IMG/VR virus record: IMGVR_UViG_3300035424_000154
Coordinates: 23,116-87,115 of that record
Strand: one strand, 5' to 3'
Length of the DNA: 64,000 nucleotides
Origin: a virus
Taxonomy: Duplodnaviria; Caudoviricetes
Shown here: positions 53,972 to 63,186 of the stretch, one piece after another
Layout of the letters: each line of letters begins with the position of its first letter
Numbering within the stretch: the stretch's first letter is position 1
Notes under the pieces: generated by a model
The model's input: the letters and a program-made list of their open reading frames with translations, nothing else
Database searches by the model: none
What the model was told of the DNA's origin: nothing
Translations under genes and position numbers: made by a program

Positions 53972-55178
53972 TGCAATCTTCATCCCTCAAAGAATCCGGG
54001 TTGGTTTCCAAGAGCGCCATGACACCTACACCAAAAAGTTGGCTTATGTGATCTACTATGACGAGAAAGGCACACTCCGCAAGGCCGGATCATGGGAGGG
54101 CTGGCGTGACAAAAAGATTGAGCCAGTTGAGTACGAGAACATCCCTATGGAGGGCTTTGTCCTTAATAAGAAAGTAGGTGGCTACGCCGGTGATTGGGGT
54201 AATTTCCGGCAGGCGTATGTTCGCGTGTACGATCCGCGTGGGTTTGAGTTTGAAATCTCGGTACCCAATCTGCTCTATATCTTGGAACATACCAGTTCAA
54301 TCAAAGGCAAAGGGTTAGAGGGCGAATTTGTATATGGCTGGGATGGTACTGAACTTGTATTGATTCCTGCCTGTTCGCCGGATTACATCAACCTGACAAC
54401 ACTAAACGAAAAGCGCTTCGCTCGCAATACAGTAAAAGCAAAAGAGCTAAAGATTGGCGCTGAGTATCTTACTAAAAACAACGAGCGATATATCTATATG
54501 GGGCGTTTTAACGCATATGAAAATATGCACCATTTCGATGGTCATTGGTTTGGATCATATCGCGCTATGGAAAAATACGCCAATGAGCAAGGCAAACCGC
54601 TCTATAAAGAGAACTCGTCGGGTTGGAGGAGCTATTATAACAAAGATTCCCTCTATACATATGATGTCGGATGCGCTGGTCTGCGATACTTCTTTTATGC
54701 TAATGGCACGTTTATTTACCTCAAATCTATCTCCGGCCTCCTAATCGACACAATCACATCTGAACCAGCGACTAACTATGCAGAGTTGTTTGAGCAGCTT
54801 GAATCATGTGTAAATTATTCTCCTCATGATGAAAGTAAAGACGTGTTCCGGCCACTTACCAAAGAAGAGTTCTTGGCACACATCAGCCGTGGTTACAGCT
54901 ATACGCTGGAAACAATGATTGATGGATTCAGGGTGAGATTTGACCTAAACCCCGAAAACTATTGTGATCCAAACACAAAATATACTTGCAGCTGTAACAG
55001 ATATAGCAATGTATTTTCCATGAAAGATTTCTTTGAGCATCAGCCTATGTCCAATATTCCCGCTGGAAGACTTGTAATGATACCTGTTACTCTTGAAGAA
55101 ATCTACGAAAAACTTCATCCATACTGTACCGACCAGTATTTGCAAAACGGAAAATTTTATAGGAGGGTTTATTCATGA
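53964..55178 (+). CDS. Hypothetical phage protein
   Basis: 404-aa ORF; RVYDPRGFEFEISVPNL. Confidence 0.65.
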   Translation: MNNAIFIPQRIRVGFQERHDTYTKKLAYVIYYDEKGTLRKAGSWEGWRDKKIEPVEYENIPMEGFVLNKKVGGYAGDWGNFRQAYVRVYDPRGFEFEISVPNLLYILEHTSSIKGKGLEGEFVYGWDGTELVLIPACSPDYINLTTLNEKRFARNTVKAKELKIGAEYLTKNNERYIYMGRFNAYENMHHFDGHWFGSYRAMEKYANEQGKPLYKENSSGWRSYYNKDSLYTYDVGCAGLRYFFYANGTFIYLKSISGLLIDTITSEPATNYAELFEQLESCVNYSPHDESKDVFRPLTKEEFLAHISRGYSYTLETMIDGFRVRFDLNPENYCDPNTKYTCSCNRYSNVFSMKDFFEHQPMSNIPAGRLVMIPVTLEEIYEKLHPYCTDQYLQNGKFYRRVYS

Positions 55179-55585
55179 GCAAGAATGACGACCAGATCCT
55201 GATGCTGAAACAACGCATCGAGACAAAGAAGAAAGAGATCGGCCAGACACGCCGGTTCTCGCCCCTGACCAGCTGTTCCATTGAGCTGGACGGCACTCGC
55301 TACAATTTGCACTCTGCTGACCGCTCGGCCTTGGTTCTGCTCCTTTGCAAGCTCCACAACCTGGACGCTGCTGCTGAAGATCTGGGCTACTCGGAGCAGT
55401 GCATAATCAGCGGGTTCCCTACCAGCAGCTGGATCTCCGACATTCAGGAGAAGCTGGGGATTATGGCCCAGAAGGGCGAACTGGAAAAGCTGAAGGCCAT
55501 GGAAACCCAGCTGGACAAACTGCTTTCCGATGATAAGAAGACAGAGCTGGAGATCGGCAACATCGCCGCCGCGCTTGGCCTATAA
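55175..55585 (+). CDS. Hypothetical protein
   Basis: ATGA-coupled ORF; LLSDDKKTELEI. Confidence 0.6.
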   Translation: MSKNDDQILMLKQRIETKKKEIGQTRRFSPLTSCSIELDGTRYNLHSADRSALVLLLCKLHNLDAAAEDLGYSEQCIISGFPTSSWISDIQEKLGIMAQKGELEKLKAMETQLDKLLSDDKKTELEIGNIAAALGL

Positions 55586-55605
55586 CAGCTACTAAGAGGT
55601 GAAAT

Positions 55606-56053
55606 ATGAATACAGAGGTTATGTTCTCTTCCAAAGCTATGGACTGGGCGACGCCCCAAGCGTTCTTTGATCTGCTGGATTCGGAGTTTCACTTCACCCT
55701 TGACCCTTGCGCCAACGAGTTCAACCACAAATGTGACCGCTACTTTACGGAAGCAGATAACGGACTAACCAAGTCGTGGGGGGGGGCAGACAGTCTTTTG
55801 CAATCCGCCGTATGGCAGAGCGATCAAAGATTGGGTGAAGAAATGCTCCGAAGAAGCTCAGCAGCCTAACACTACTGTTGTGTTGCTGATTCCGGCCAGA
55901 ACCGATACGGCGTACTTCCACGACTACATCTATCAAAAGCCAAACGTAGAGATTCGCTTTTTGCGTGGCCGGCTCAAATTTGGAGACGGTAAGAACTCCG
56001 CTCCCTTCCCCAGCATGGTTGTTATTTTTCAGCATAGAGCCACAAATACATAA
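55606..56053 (+). CDS. Phage N6-adenine DNA methyltransferase (Dam-like), frameshifted at G9 (55778-86)
   Basis: DWATP, FTLDPCA, then CNPPYG, LIPARTDTAYFHDYI, FLRGRLKF, APFPS in the +1 frame; G8 would join them. Confidence 0.85.
56037..56053 (+). promoter_or_regulatory. Element-wide intergenic motif, copy 11
   Basis: GAGCCACAAATACATAA, identical to copy 10, overlapping stop codon. Confidence 0.65.
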
Positions 56054-56061
56054 CGAGGTGA

Positions 56062-56583
56062 GTGCTCATGTCTTTCCCCTATGTAGTGGAGCTGCTTGAT
56101 ACTTATGGCATTTTACGAATCGGCAGCTCGGTGTTCTGCTTTGACTTAGAGGATCTTCCCGTAATTCAAAGCAGGCGTTGGTATGTTGATAAAAACGGAT
56201 ACTTAACAAGTAGCTACTACTACATGGGGAAGCGGAGAATCGTTCGTTTCCATAGGATTGTTGCTCATGCCCGACCAGGCCAACGTGTAGATCACAAAAA
56301 CAGAAACCGAACCGACAACAGAAAGCAAAATTTAAGATGTTGCAGCCTCGCAGAGAACAATCGAAACAGAGGTCTGTACTCTACCAATACTTCTGGTGTG
56401 GCCGGCGTCTCATTTGATAAACAGCGTAAGCGATGGGTTGCAAGTATCACATACAACGGTAAAAAGAAATTCATTGGCCGTTTCTACAACAAAGAGGATG
56501 CAATTACGGCCCGCCTCAATACTGAAATTCACTTGTTTGGAGAGTTTTCCCCCTCAGCGGGAAAAGTAGGAGGTGCTGTATAA
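56062..56583 (+). CDS. HNH endonuclease with AP2 DNA-binding domain
   Basis: VDHKNRNRTDNRKQNLR, NNRN, SGVAGV, WVASI, IGRF. Confidence 0.9.
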   Translation: MLMSFPYVVELLDTYGILRIGSSVFCFDLEDLPVIQSRRWYVDKNGYLTSSYYYMGKRRIVRFHRIVAHARPGQRVDHKNRNRTDNRKQNLRCCSLAENNRNRGLYSTNTSGVAGVSFDKQRKRWVASITYNGKKKFIGRFYNKEDAITARLNTEIHLFGEFSPSAGKVGGAV

Positions 56584-56772
56584 ATGAACCGTATTAAAGA
56601 ACTTCGAGAAGCAGCTGGCATGACCCAGGCAGAACTCGCAAAAAGAGTTGGTGTGAGTACAACTACAGTCCGAAATTGGGAGCTTGAATACAATTACCCC
56701 AGCACATACGGAATGTGTAAGCTGGCTGATGTTTTCAATACTTCTATTGGATATGTATGGGGCATGATTTAG
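56584..56772 (+). CDS. XRE-family HTH protein
   Basis: IKELREAAGMTQAELAKRVGVSTTTVRNWE. Confidence 0.9.
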   Translation: MNRIKELREAAGMTQAELAKRVGVSTTTVRNWELEYNYPSTYGMCKLADVFNTSIGYVWGMI

Positions 56773-56786
56773 AAAGGGGATTTTTG

Positions 56787-57701
56787 ATGAACGACAATGA
56801 AAGGATGCTTCTTCGTGCAGTAGTTGATAACGATACTAAAAAGGCACGGGCGTATGCCCAAGTCATTTTAACCAACATCACTGCACAACGCGACCAGCAG
56901 TTCAAAGCGGATCTGCTCCGTAGGCTTGAGTCCAAGCCTAACTTTATTGAGCTGCCGTACAACCTCAAAGACCTATTGGTGGCAGAAGATATTACCAACT
57001 ATCCCATTGAAAAGTTTCTTATGCGTGACAGTGATGAGGCCATTGCAAACAAAATTATAAACACCTATCGAGCATCTAATCGTCTCATGGAACTGGGTGT
57101 CTCTTACTTACCAGCAGCAATTTTTTATGGGCAAAGCGGTACAGGGAAAACCGAACTCGCCAGGTATATTGCCTATAAGGTTAATTTGCCGTTTGTGTAT
57201 GTGCGGTTTTCCAGTGTGGTCAATTCCTTGCTTGGCGGTACTCAATCCAATATAAACAAAATATTCTCGTATGCAAAAACTTCTCCCTGTCTCCTTTGCT
57301 TTGACGAGATTGACGCCATCGGTTTGAAACGAGGAGACACACAAGACGTATCTGAGATGAGCCGAGTTACCATCGCACTCATGCAGGAGATGGATTCTTT
57401 ACCCAACAATGTGATTATTATTGGCACTACCAACAGATATGACAGACTTGACCCTGCTCTTGCACGTCGCTTTTCTATCAGCTACCAAGTTAAACCACTT
57501 ACACAGCAAGAGGTCACATCCCTCGCTGGAAAATTCTTTAGGTACACTGGATATGAAATAGAAAACGACAAATTACAATCTTGGTGTAATGAAAACTTCG
57601 AGACTTTGGATCTTACCGAAAATGGTGTTCCTGTGTATGAAGTCATTACAAGATGTACGGACTTTGTTGTTGGACAGATCATGTTGGAAACAAATACCTA
57701 A
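56787..57701 (+). CDS. AAA+ ATPase
   Basis: GQSGTGKT, FDEIDA, IGTTNRYDRLDPALARRF. Confidence 0.9.
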   Translation: MNDNERMLLRAVVDNDTKKARAYAQVILTNITAQRDQQFKADLLRRLESKPNFIELPYNLKDLLVAEDITNYPIEKFLMRDSDEAIANKIINTYRASNRLMELGVSYLPAAIFYGQSGTGKTELARYIAYKVNLPFVYVRFSSVVNSLLGGTQSNINKIFSYAKTSPCLLCFDEIDAIGLKRGDTQDVSEMSRVTIALMQEMDSLPNNVIIIGTTNRYDRLDPALARRFSISYQVKPLTQQEVTSLAGKFFRYTGYEIENDKLQSWCNENFETLDLTENGVPVYEVITRCTDFVVGQIMLETNT

Positions 57702-57725
57702 ATGAGATAAGGTTTTGGTGATACT

Positions 57726-58571
57726 ATGAAAAAAATTATCGACACATCCAAAGTTCAGGTATCCGAAAACGAATATCTGAACGATTTGCGGTCAGATCCC
57801 AACAATATGTCGAAGTGGTTGCCTGCCATCACTCCGGCAGACGGAGAAAAGAGGGAATTACGTATTCCCAAGACAACCATTGTGCAGGTTCCTGACGATA
57901 TCTGCCAGAGCTTCTTCATGGAGCGCCCTGGCGACAGAGAACGAATCGTCCAGTTCTCTAAGGATCAGATAATGCCAAAGGCAAAAGAGGCCGGGATCTA
58001 TCCAAGCATATTTATGAAGAATGGCGGTTTCTCCGACAAGTACCGATTCAATCTTTGCACACCTGGCCCAGACGAAGTGAACATAGCAATGCACCTTATC
58101 AGCATGAACTATGACGCCCTCTGTTTTGATGCAGACGGCATTACAGAAGTCTGTATACGCGAACTGATTCCGCACAACACCAGGACGACCCCTTGTATCT
58201 ACCAAGGGATGCCGCTCAGACCTGAGTTCCGAATCTTTTACGACTTTGACCGGCACCAGCCGCTCTATGTCGTCAACTACTGGGACTGGGATTACTGCCA
58301 TGACGCTATCTGTCGGGACTACACTGACAAGATTGTGTATGAGGCACATTATTCTAAACTGCTTGACCAGTACAACAAGTACAAAAACGATGTTGTGAAA
58401 ATGGTCGCCGCCGACATGAGGTATGTCTTTGACCTTAAAGGCATTTGGTCTATTGACGTTATGCTTTGTGAACCGCAAGAATACCAGAAGGAATACGAAG
58501 GATTCTGGCTCATTGATATGGCTGTTGGTCATCGCTCTGCATACTGGAATCCAGCGGCTGCAAAAGGTTGA
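57726..58571 (+). CDS. Hypothetical protein, possibly ATP-grasp-like
   Basis: FMKNG, EFRIFYD, WSIDVM, WLIDMA pattern. Confidence 0.5.
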   Translation: MKKIIDTSKVQVSENEYLNDLRSDPNNMSKWLPAITPADGEKRELRIPKTTIVQVPDDICQSFFMERPGDRERIVQFSKDQIMPKAKEAGIYPSIFMKNGGFSDKYRFNLCTPGPDEVNIAMHLISMNYDALCFDADGITEVCIRELIPHNTRTTPCIYQGMPLRPEFRIFYDFDRHQPLYVVNYWDWDYCHDAICRDYTDKIVYEAHYSKLLDQYNKYKNDVVKMVAADMRYVFDLKGIWSIDVMLCEPQEYQKEYEGFWLIDMAVGHRSAYWNPAAAKG

Positions 58572-58589
58572 TTGGGTGGTGGTTGTAAC

Positions 58590-59123
58590 ATGAAACTTGT
58601 AAACGCAAAACTATATGAGGAGCAAATTAAGCGCAGGATGTGGGAGATTTGGTATGACGAGAAGTACCAATATTACTTCGGTGGCAGCTGGCGCAATGAT
58701 TTCTCTCTTGCAGACAACAACGGCGACTATCAGAAAAGAGCATTTGCCGTGCTCAACAACAGCGATGAGTTGCTGGGGTACATTAGCTACTCTGTGGACA
58801 ATGAGTTGCGTATAGCACAATGGTTTGGTGCCATCAACTTTTCCAACGACAAACTAACCTTTGGCAAAGCCCTACGGCAAGTCATTGAAGATTGCTTCTT
58901 AAAGTTTGGTCTTGAAGTCGTCGAGTGGTGTGTCATTTGTGGCAATCCCATTGAAAAGAGCTATGACAGAATGTGCGAAAAACTGGGTGGTCATATCATT
59001 GGAGTCCGGCACCGCCGAGCAAGAGATATGGCCGGCAACGTACATGACGACAAATCATACGAGATTCTTCGAGAAGATTTTTTGAAAGCCAGATCTATCC
59101 AGAAAAAGGAGCAGTCCACATGA
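58590..59123 (+). CDS. GNAT acetyltransferase (RimJ/RimL-like)
   Basis: LLGYISY, NPIEKSYDRMCEKLGG, YEILREDF. Confidence 0.65.
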   Translation: MKLVNAKLYEEQIKRRMWEIWYDEKYQYYFGGSWRNDFSLADNNGDYQKRAFAVLNNSDELLGYISYSVDNELRIAQWFGAINFSNDKLTFGKALRQVIEDCFLKFGLEVVEWCVICGNPIEKSYDRMCEKLGGHIIGVRHRRARDMAGNVHDDKSYEILREDFLKARSIQKKEQST

Positions 59124-59554
59124 AAGAATACTACTTCTATTGCCCTAATTGCAATGCTGAATACGTTGCTCGATCACTGCCCACAGGCACTGTACCTAAT
59201 CTCAGAGACGGCTATGGGACGCATATTCATCATTATGAGTGCCCGCGCTGCCACAATCTGGATGCAGGCTATATGCTGTTTGGATTAGGCAAAATGAACG
59301 AGCTTCCTCGCAAAGAACAAGAAAAGTATTTCCAGCACGTCATCGGTATGTACCAAAACATTCGCGGCATTAAACGTCCCAGTTTCGAGGAGCTACTTGC
59401 TCTGGATACAGCCGAACAGATTGAAGCACTAACAGGGATACGTCTTAAATGGTATCAAAAGCTGTATATCAAGTGGTGGATGTCCATGAAAAAATCCAAC
59501 CCACACTTGGCTCCAACTGCCCTGTTTGAAAGTATTTTGAAAGGTCGTTGGTGA
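59120..59554 (+). CDS. Zn-ribbon protein
   Basis: CPNC, CPRC. Confidence 0.55.
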   Translation: MKEYYFYCPNCNAEYVARSLPTGTVPNLRDGYGTHIHHYECPRCHNLDAGYMLFGLGKMNELPRKEQEKYFQHVIGMYQNIRGIKRPSFEELLALDTAEQIEALTGIRLKWYQKLYIKWWMSMKKSNPHLAPTALFESILKGRW

Positions 59555-59560
59555 TCTATC

Positions 59561-60319
59561 ATGGCCCTTGATATCAATAGAAAAGACATCCCGATTGGCA
59601 GTGTAGTCTACTTCGTAGACAAGTACAAATACAAAGTCCCTGGGCGTACTTGGGGCGTATCCTTTGGGATTGTAGAGGAGCATTACACCTCAGAGATTTG
59701 CTTACAGCTTATTGAGCTGAAAGATACACGTCTGATTGATGGGGTGCCTATCTTAGAGTGCCCTCGTGTTGGGCCGTGGCATAAGTTGCCCAAAGGTTGG
59801 ACATACAACACGAAGCTCTTTAAGGAATCCAACTCAGAGTTTTTGGAGCTTCCTGATATAAAAGATCCGCAGGCTATTTTGAACGCTTACCAATCTGGGG
59901 TGCTGGTAAATGTCCAAGACAATCTCCATGCAAGAGTAGAAACCGATATAGACAAACATCACGGTTGGCGAATCGCAATTCGGATGCCTCAATGGACGCC
60001 TGAGCCACGATCTTACGTCAGCCTCCCTTTCCATGAAGTATATCGGACATATGACGAAGCAAAGGAAATCGTTGATGCAGAATATGCCGAATTTAATCGG
60101 CAGGCATCACTGTCTGATTACGATTGGTCTGTTGAACAAATAGACCGCGCCCTTAACCATTGGGCAAAGATGTATGGCATTACCCCTGACGTACAGGAGG
60201 CTTGTAGAAAGCGTCTCCTCTCTTTCGACAACATAGAGGATCTTGAAGTTCGACTTTGTGCTGGGAACATCGAGTGGAAGTACGCCAGAAACAGGAAATG
60301 GGTAACGCTTCAAATCTGA
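59561..60319 (+). CDS. Hypothetical protein
   Basis: 252-aa ORF in operon. Confidence 0.6.
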   Translation: MALDINRKDIPIGSVVYFVDKYKYKVPGRTWGVSFGIVEEHYTSEICLQLIELKDTRLIDGVPILECPRVGPWHKLPKGWTYNTKLFKESNSEFLELPDIKDPQAILNAYQSGVLVNVQDNLHARVETDIDKHHGWRIAIRMPQWTPEPRSYVSLPFHEVYRTYDEAKEIVDAEYAEFNRQASLSDYDWSVEQIDRALNHWAKMYGITPDVQEACRKRLLSFDNIEDLEVRLCAGNIEWKYARNRKWVTLQI

Positions 60320-60337
60320 ATGAAAGAATAGTTTGAT

Positions 60338-60652
60338 ATGAATGAACACATCGTCCAACGTGATGGTTACAAAATGATATATATTGAAACTGAGCAGGAG
60401 TTTGGCCCGATTATATATCTTGACCACATTTGCCTGCAAGACGATTATAAACTCTTTGCGATCAACGCAGATTATCGGCCTCAGAACAAAAGCAATAGTT
60501 GGTACTATGTTGTTGCAAAAAATTCCAAAGCTGCACGAGAAAAGTTCAAAACCCGTATAACGTGGTTAAATGTATATGCGGTTAAAGAGGTGTTAGATCA
60601 TGCTGAGATGAACTCTGTCATTTTGCAGCCATTGAATCACATTATTTTATAA
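60338..60652 (+). CDS. Hypothetical protein
   Basis: 104-aa ORF in operon. Confidence 0.5.
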   Translation: MNEHIVQRDGYKMIYIETEQEFGPIIYLDHICLQDDYKLFAINADYRPQNKSNSWYYVVAKNSKAAREKFKTRITWLNVYAVKEVLDHAEMNSVILQPLNHIIL

Positions 60653-60664
60653 GGAGAATAATCC

Positions 60665-60868
60665 ATGAACGCAACCAAGCAATTCAATGGCGTTGACATT
60701 CAGAACAAAATCGCCATTACAACCAGTGAACTGCAGGCTATGCTCAGCTGCGGGCGATACTCCGCCGTACAGACTGGTGAGCAGGCTGAGGCTCGTATTC
60801 AGATCGGCAAGCGTATCTTCTGGAACGTGAAGAAGATTAAAGACTACATCAACCTGATCTCAGAATAG
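60665..60868 (+). CDS. Excisionase-like small DNA-binding protein
   Basis: AAGGAG RBS; LQAMLSCGRYSA...IGKRIFW. Confidence 0.55.
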   Translation: MNATKQFNGVDIQNKIAITTSELQAMLSCGRYSAVQTGEQAEARIQIGKRIFWNVKKIKDYINLISE

Positions 60869-60877
60869 GAGGCACAT

Positions 60878-61252
60878 ATGGGGCTTCCACAAACATATAT
60901 GCCTGCTCCGTATGAGCTTGCACAAGACCAATATGCCTTTGAACTCTGGAAAAACCAAGGGGATGACAATGACCCGGCTTACCGTTACCTCATGAACGCT
61001 TTCCGTGTGGCCGCTCGTGATGAATTGACGGAGCAACAGCGAACATACATCATGGCGTATTACTATAATCGACTCACCATGGAGGAGATCGCTGAGCAGT
61101 TCGGCGTCAACAAATCAACCGTGTCCCGTACCATCAAGCGGGCTGAACAACGATTGCAACGAGTTTTACGCTACGCTCACCCACGTCTGCTTGATCACCC
61201 TGAAAGAAGTGTGAAAAGAAAGTCAACGTGTAATAAGTCGAAAAGGACGTAA
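60878..61252 (+). CDS. Sigma-70 region 4 HTH protein
   Basis: LTEQQR...TMEEIAEQFGVNKSTVSRTIKRA. Confidence 0.8.
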   Translation: MGLPQTYMPAPYELAQDQYAFELWKNQGDDNDPAYRYLMNAFRVAARDELTEQQRTYIMAYYYNRLTMEEIAEQFGVNKSTVSRTIKRAEQRLQRVLRYAHPRLLDHPERSVKRKSTCNKSKRT

Positions 61253-61265
61253 GGAGGGAAATGTA

Positions 61266-61454
61266 TTGGATCAGCAAGCCAGCCAAAATCCTAACAGTTT
61301 TGTTATTGACCAGGATGGAGCAAAATGCTTTACGTTTGGCAAAACCAAAGTCAAGGTCATCGAATACTTCGCAGAACAAGGAAAGCAGCTAAGCCAACTT
61401 CTGGCTGAGCTGGTCTTCCAAGAGGCGAGGAAATTAGAAGAAAGTCCAATCTAA
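61266..61454 (+). CDS. TnpW-like small transposon-encoded protein
   Basis: FGKTKVKVIEYF..GKQLSQLL; typical position upstream of TnpX-type recombinase. Confidence 0.55.
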   Translation: MDQQASQNPNSFVIDQDGAKCFTFGKTKVKVIEYFAEQGKQLSQLLAELVFQEARKLEESPI

Positions 61455-61457
61455 ACA

Positions 61458-61486
61458 TTGCTGTAGCTCCACATCTATGATACAAT
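61458..61486 (+). promoter_or_regulatory. Recombinase promoter embedded in a 19-bp inverted repeat
   Basis: TTGCTG-17 bp-TG.TACAAT; arms 61465-83 and 61502-20. Confidence 0.65.
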
Positions 61487-61543
61487 CACTATATCAGTAA
61501 GGTATCATAGATGTGGGGCTGTTTTCTTGAGAGGAGGATAATT

Positions 61544-63157
61544 TTGAAACAGCCCATATATAATACCGCTTTGTATTTGAGGCTATCGCGTGACGATGAA
61601 CTCCAAGGTGAAAGTAACTCCATTTCCAATCAGCGACGGATCTGCCAAAAGTACGCACAAGATAACGGTTTCTTTGTTGTCGATGAATACGTTGACGACG
61701 GATTCTCAGGCACCAGTTTTGAGCGTCCTGATTTCAAGCGCATGATTGATGATATTGAAGCCGGAAAAATCAACTGTGTGATAACAAAGGATCTGTCTCG
61801 ACTTGGACGAAACTACTTATTGACAGGCCAATACATCGACATCTACTTTCCTGAGCGTGGCGTCCGATATATTGCAATCGACAACGGTGTTGATACAAAC
61901 GATCAGCAGAGTGGTGAATTTACGCCGTTTTTGAATGTATTCAATGAATGGTACGCCAGAGACATCAGCAGGAAAATAAAAGCTGCGTTCCAAGCCAAAT
62001 ATCAAGCCGGAGATCATGTTTTCACCTATGCGCCCCTTGGATACAGAAAAGACCCCGACAATAAGTGCCATCTGCTTATTGACAACGAAACCCGTTGGAT
62101 TATTGAAAAAATCTTTAACCTTGCTCTGGAAGGTGCAGGAGCTTCAAAGATTCAAAGAATCCTTGTGAAAGAGGAGATCCCCACTCCAGCATGGTGGAAC
62201 TACCAAAGATACGGAACCTTCGCCCATATATTTGAAGGGCAACCCGAAGACAAGCGTTATGATTGGGTGCTCAGCCAAGTCAAAAAGATTTTAAGCGACC
62301 AAACATACCTTGGTCATAGTGTACACTACAGAGACGAAAAGGTGTCCTTCAAAAGCAAAAAGCGCGTCCACCGCCCAAAAGAATCCTGGCTGATTGTAGA
62401 GAATACACACGACTCTATTATCTCTCAGGAAGTATTTCAAAAGGTGCAAGAGTTGATTGATAAACGCCGGCGTCCCCGTAAAAATGGCACCAATCAGATT
62501 TTTGCAGGGCTACTCCAATGTGCGGATTGTGGCTGTTCGATGATCTACAATATCAATCGGCAGAATAAGACACCCTACGAATACTATCGCTGCCGTAAAA
62601 GCGTAGAGCGAGTGGGCCGTTGCACCTCTCATTATACCCGTTATGATGTGCTGTATACTACCGTGCTCTCCTGCCTTCAGCAATGGATTATCGCCGCACA
62701 CACTAATGAGCAAGCAGTAATAGACTATCTTACAAACGCTTTCCGCACCAATCATTCCACATCCAACCAAAGGGTTGCTACTGATTTGCAAGCATCTCAG
62801 CGCCGCTTGAAGAAATTGGACGATATGTTGTCCAAGCTGTATGAGGACAGAATCTCGGGAACGGTCAGTGAGCGAAACTTTGGTATGCTTGCCCAAAAGT
62901 ATCAAGCAGAGCAAGCGGCACTGGAAAAGAAAGTGGATGAGCTAACTGCGAGCTTAAACGGGGTAACGCAAAAGGCTCGAAATGTCGAGCAGTGGGTTGA
63001 GCTGCTAAAACAGGTCACTCAACCCACTGAGCTAACGGCTGAAATTTTGAACAAGCTGATCACGAAAATCGTCATTCACGAAGCTGTGAAGAACGAGAAT
63101 GGTGAACGTGTCCAGAAGTTTGAGATTTATTATCAGTTCATCGGAAAGATCGAATAA
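61544..63157 (+). CDS. Large serine recombinase (TnpX/TndX type)
   Basis: YLRLSRDD (catalytic Ser), SISNQR, DDGFSGTSFERP, KDLSRLGRN, recombinase domain, CADC..C Zn ribbon, coiled coil; AGGAGG plus TTG. Confidence 0.95.
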   Translation: MKQPIYNTALYLRLSRDDELQGESNSISNQRRICQKYAQDNGFFVVDEYVDDGFSGTSFERPDFKRMIDDIEAGKINCVITKDLSRLGRNYLLTGQYIDIYFPERGVRYIAIDNGVDTNDQQSGEFTPFLNVFNEWYARDISRKIKAAFQAKYQAGDHVFTYAPLGYRKDPDNKCHLLIDNETRWIIEKIFNLALEGAGASKIQRILVKEEIPTPAWWNYQRYGTFAHIFEGQPEDKRYDWVLSQVKKILSDQTYLGHSVHYRDEKVSFKSKKRVHRPKESWLIVENTHDSIISQEVFQKVQELIDKRRRPRKNGTNQIFAGLLQCADCGCSMIYNINRQNKTPYEYYRCRKSVERVGRCTSHYTRYDVLYTTVLSCLQQWIIAAHTNEQAVIDYLTNAFRTNHSTSNQRVATDLQASQRRLKKLDDMLSKLYEDRISGTVSERNFGMLAQKYQAEQAALEKKVDELTASLNGVTQKARNVEQWVELLKQVTQPTELTAEILNKLITKIVIHEAVKNENGERVQKFEIYYQFIGKIE

Positions 63158-63186
63158 CCAATATCTTTAGTTATGTGTCCCATCCA
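63158..63186. other. Probable attR junction
   Basis: AT-rich element end joins mid-gene to GC-rich host ...CAG GAC ACC CAC CTC (QDTHL). Confidence 0.7.

Larger units (their letters stand above)
1..63180. mobile_element. Large prophage or phage-like integrative element (right-hand part; left end outside window)
   Basis: Nearly co-oriented dense phage-type genes (repressor/antirepressor, primase-helicase, DnaE, Sak, SSB, ThyX, NrdDG, tRNAs, MTases); terminal large serine recombinase; abrupt switch to GC-rich host sequence inside an ABC-transporter gene at about 63180. Confidence 0.9.

Noticed and set aside
1-63180. Diversity-generating retroelement, retron or conjugation module
   Set aside because: No reverse transcriptase motif, template/variable repeat pair, relaxase or VirB4/VirD4 recognised in this window
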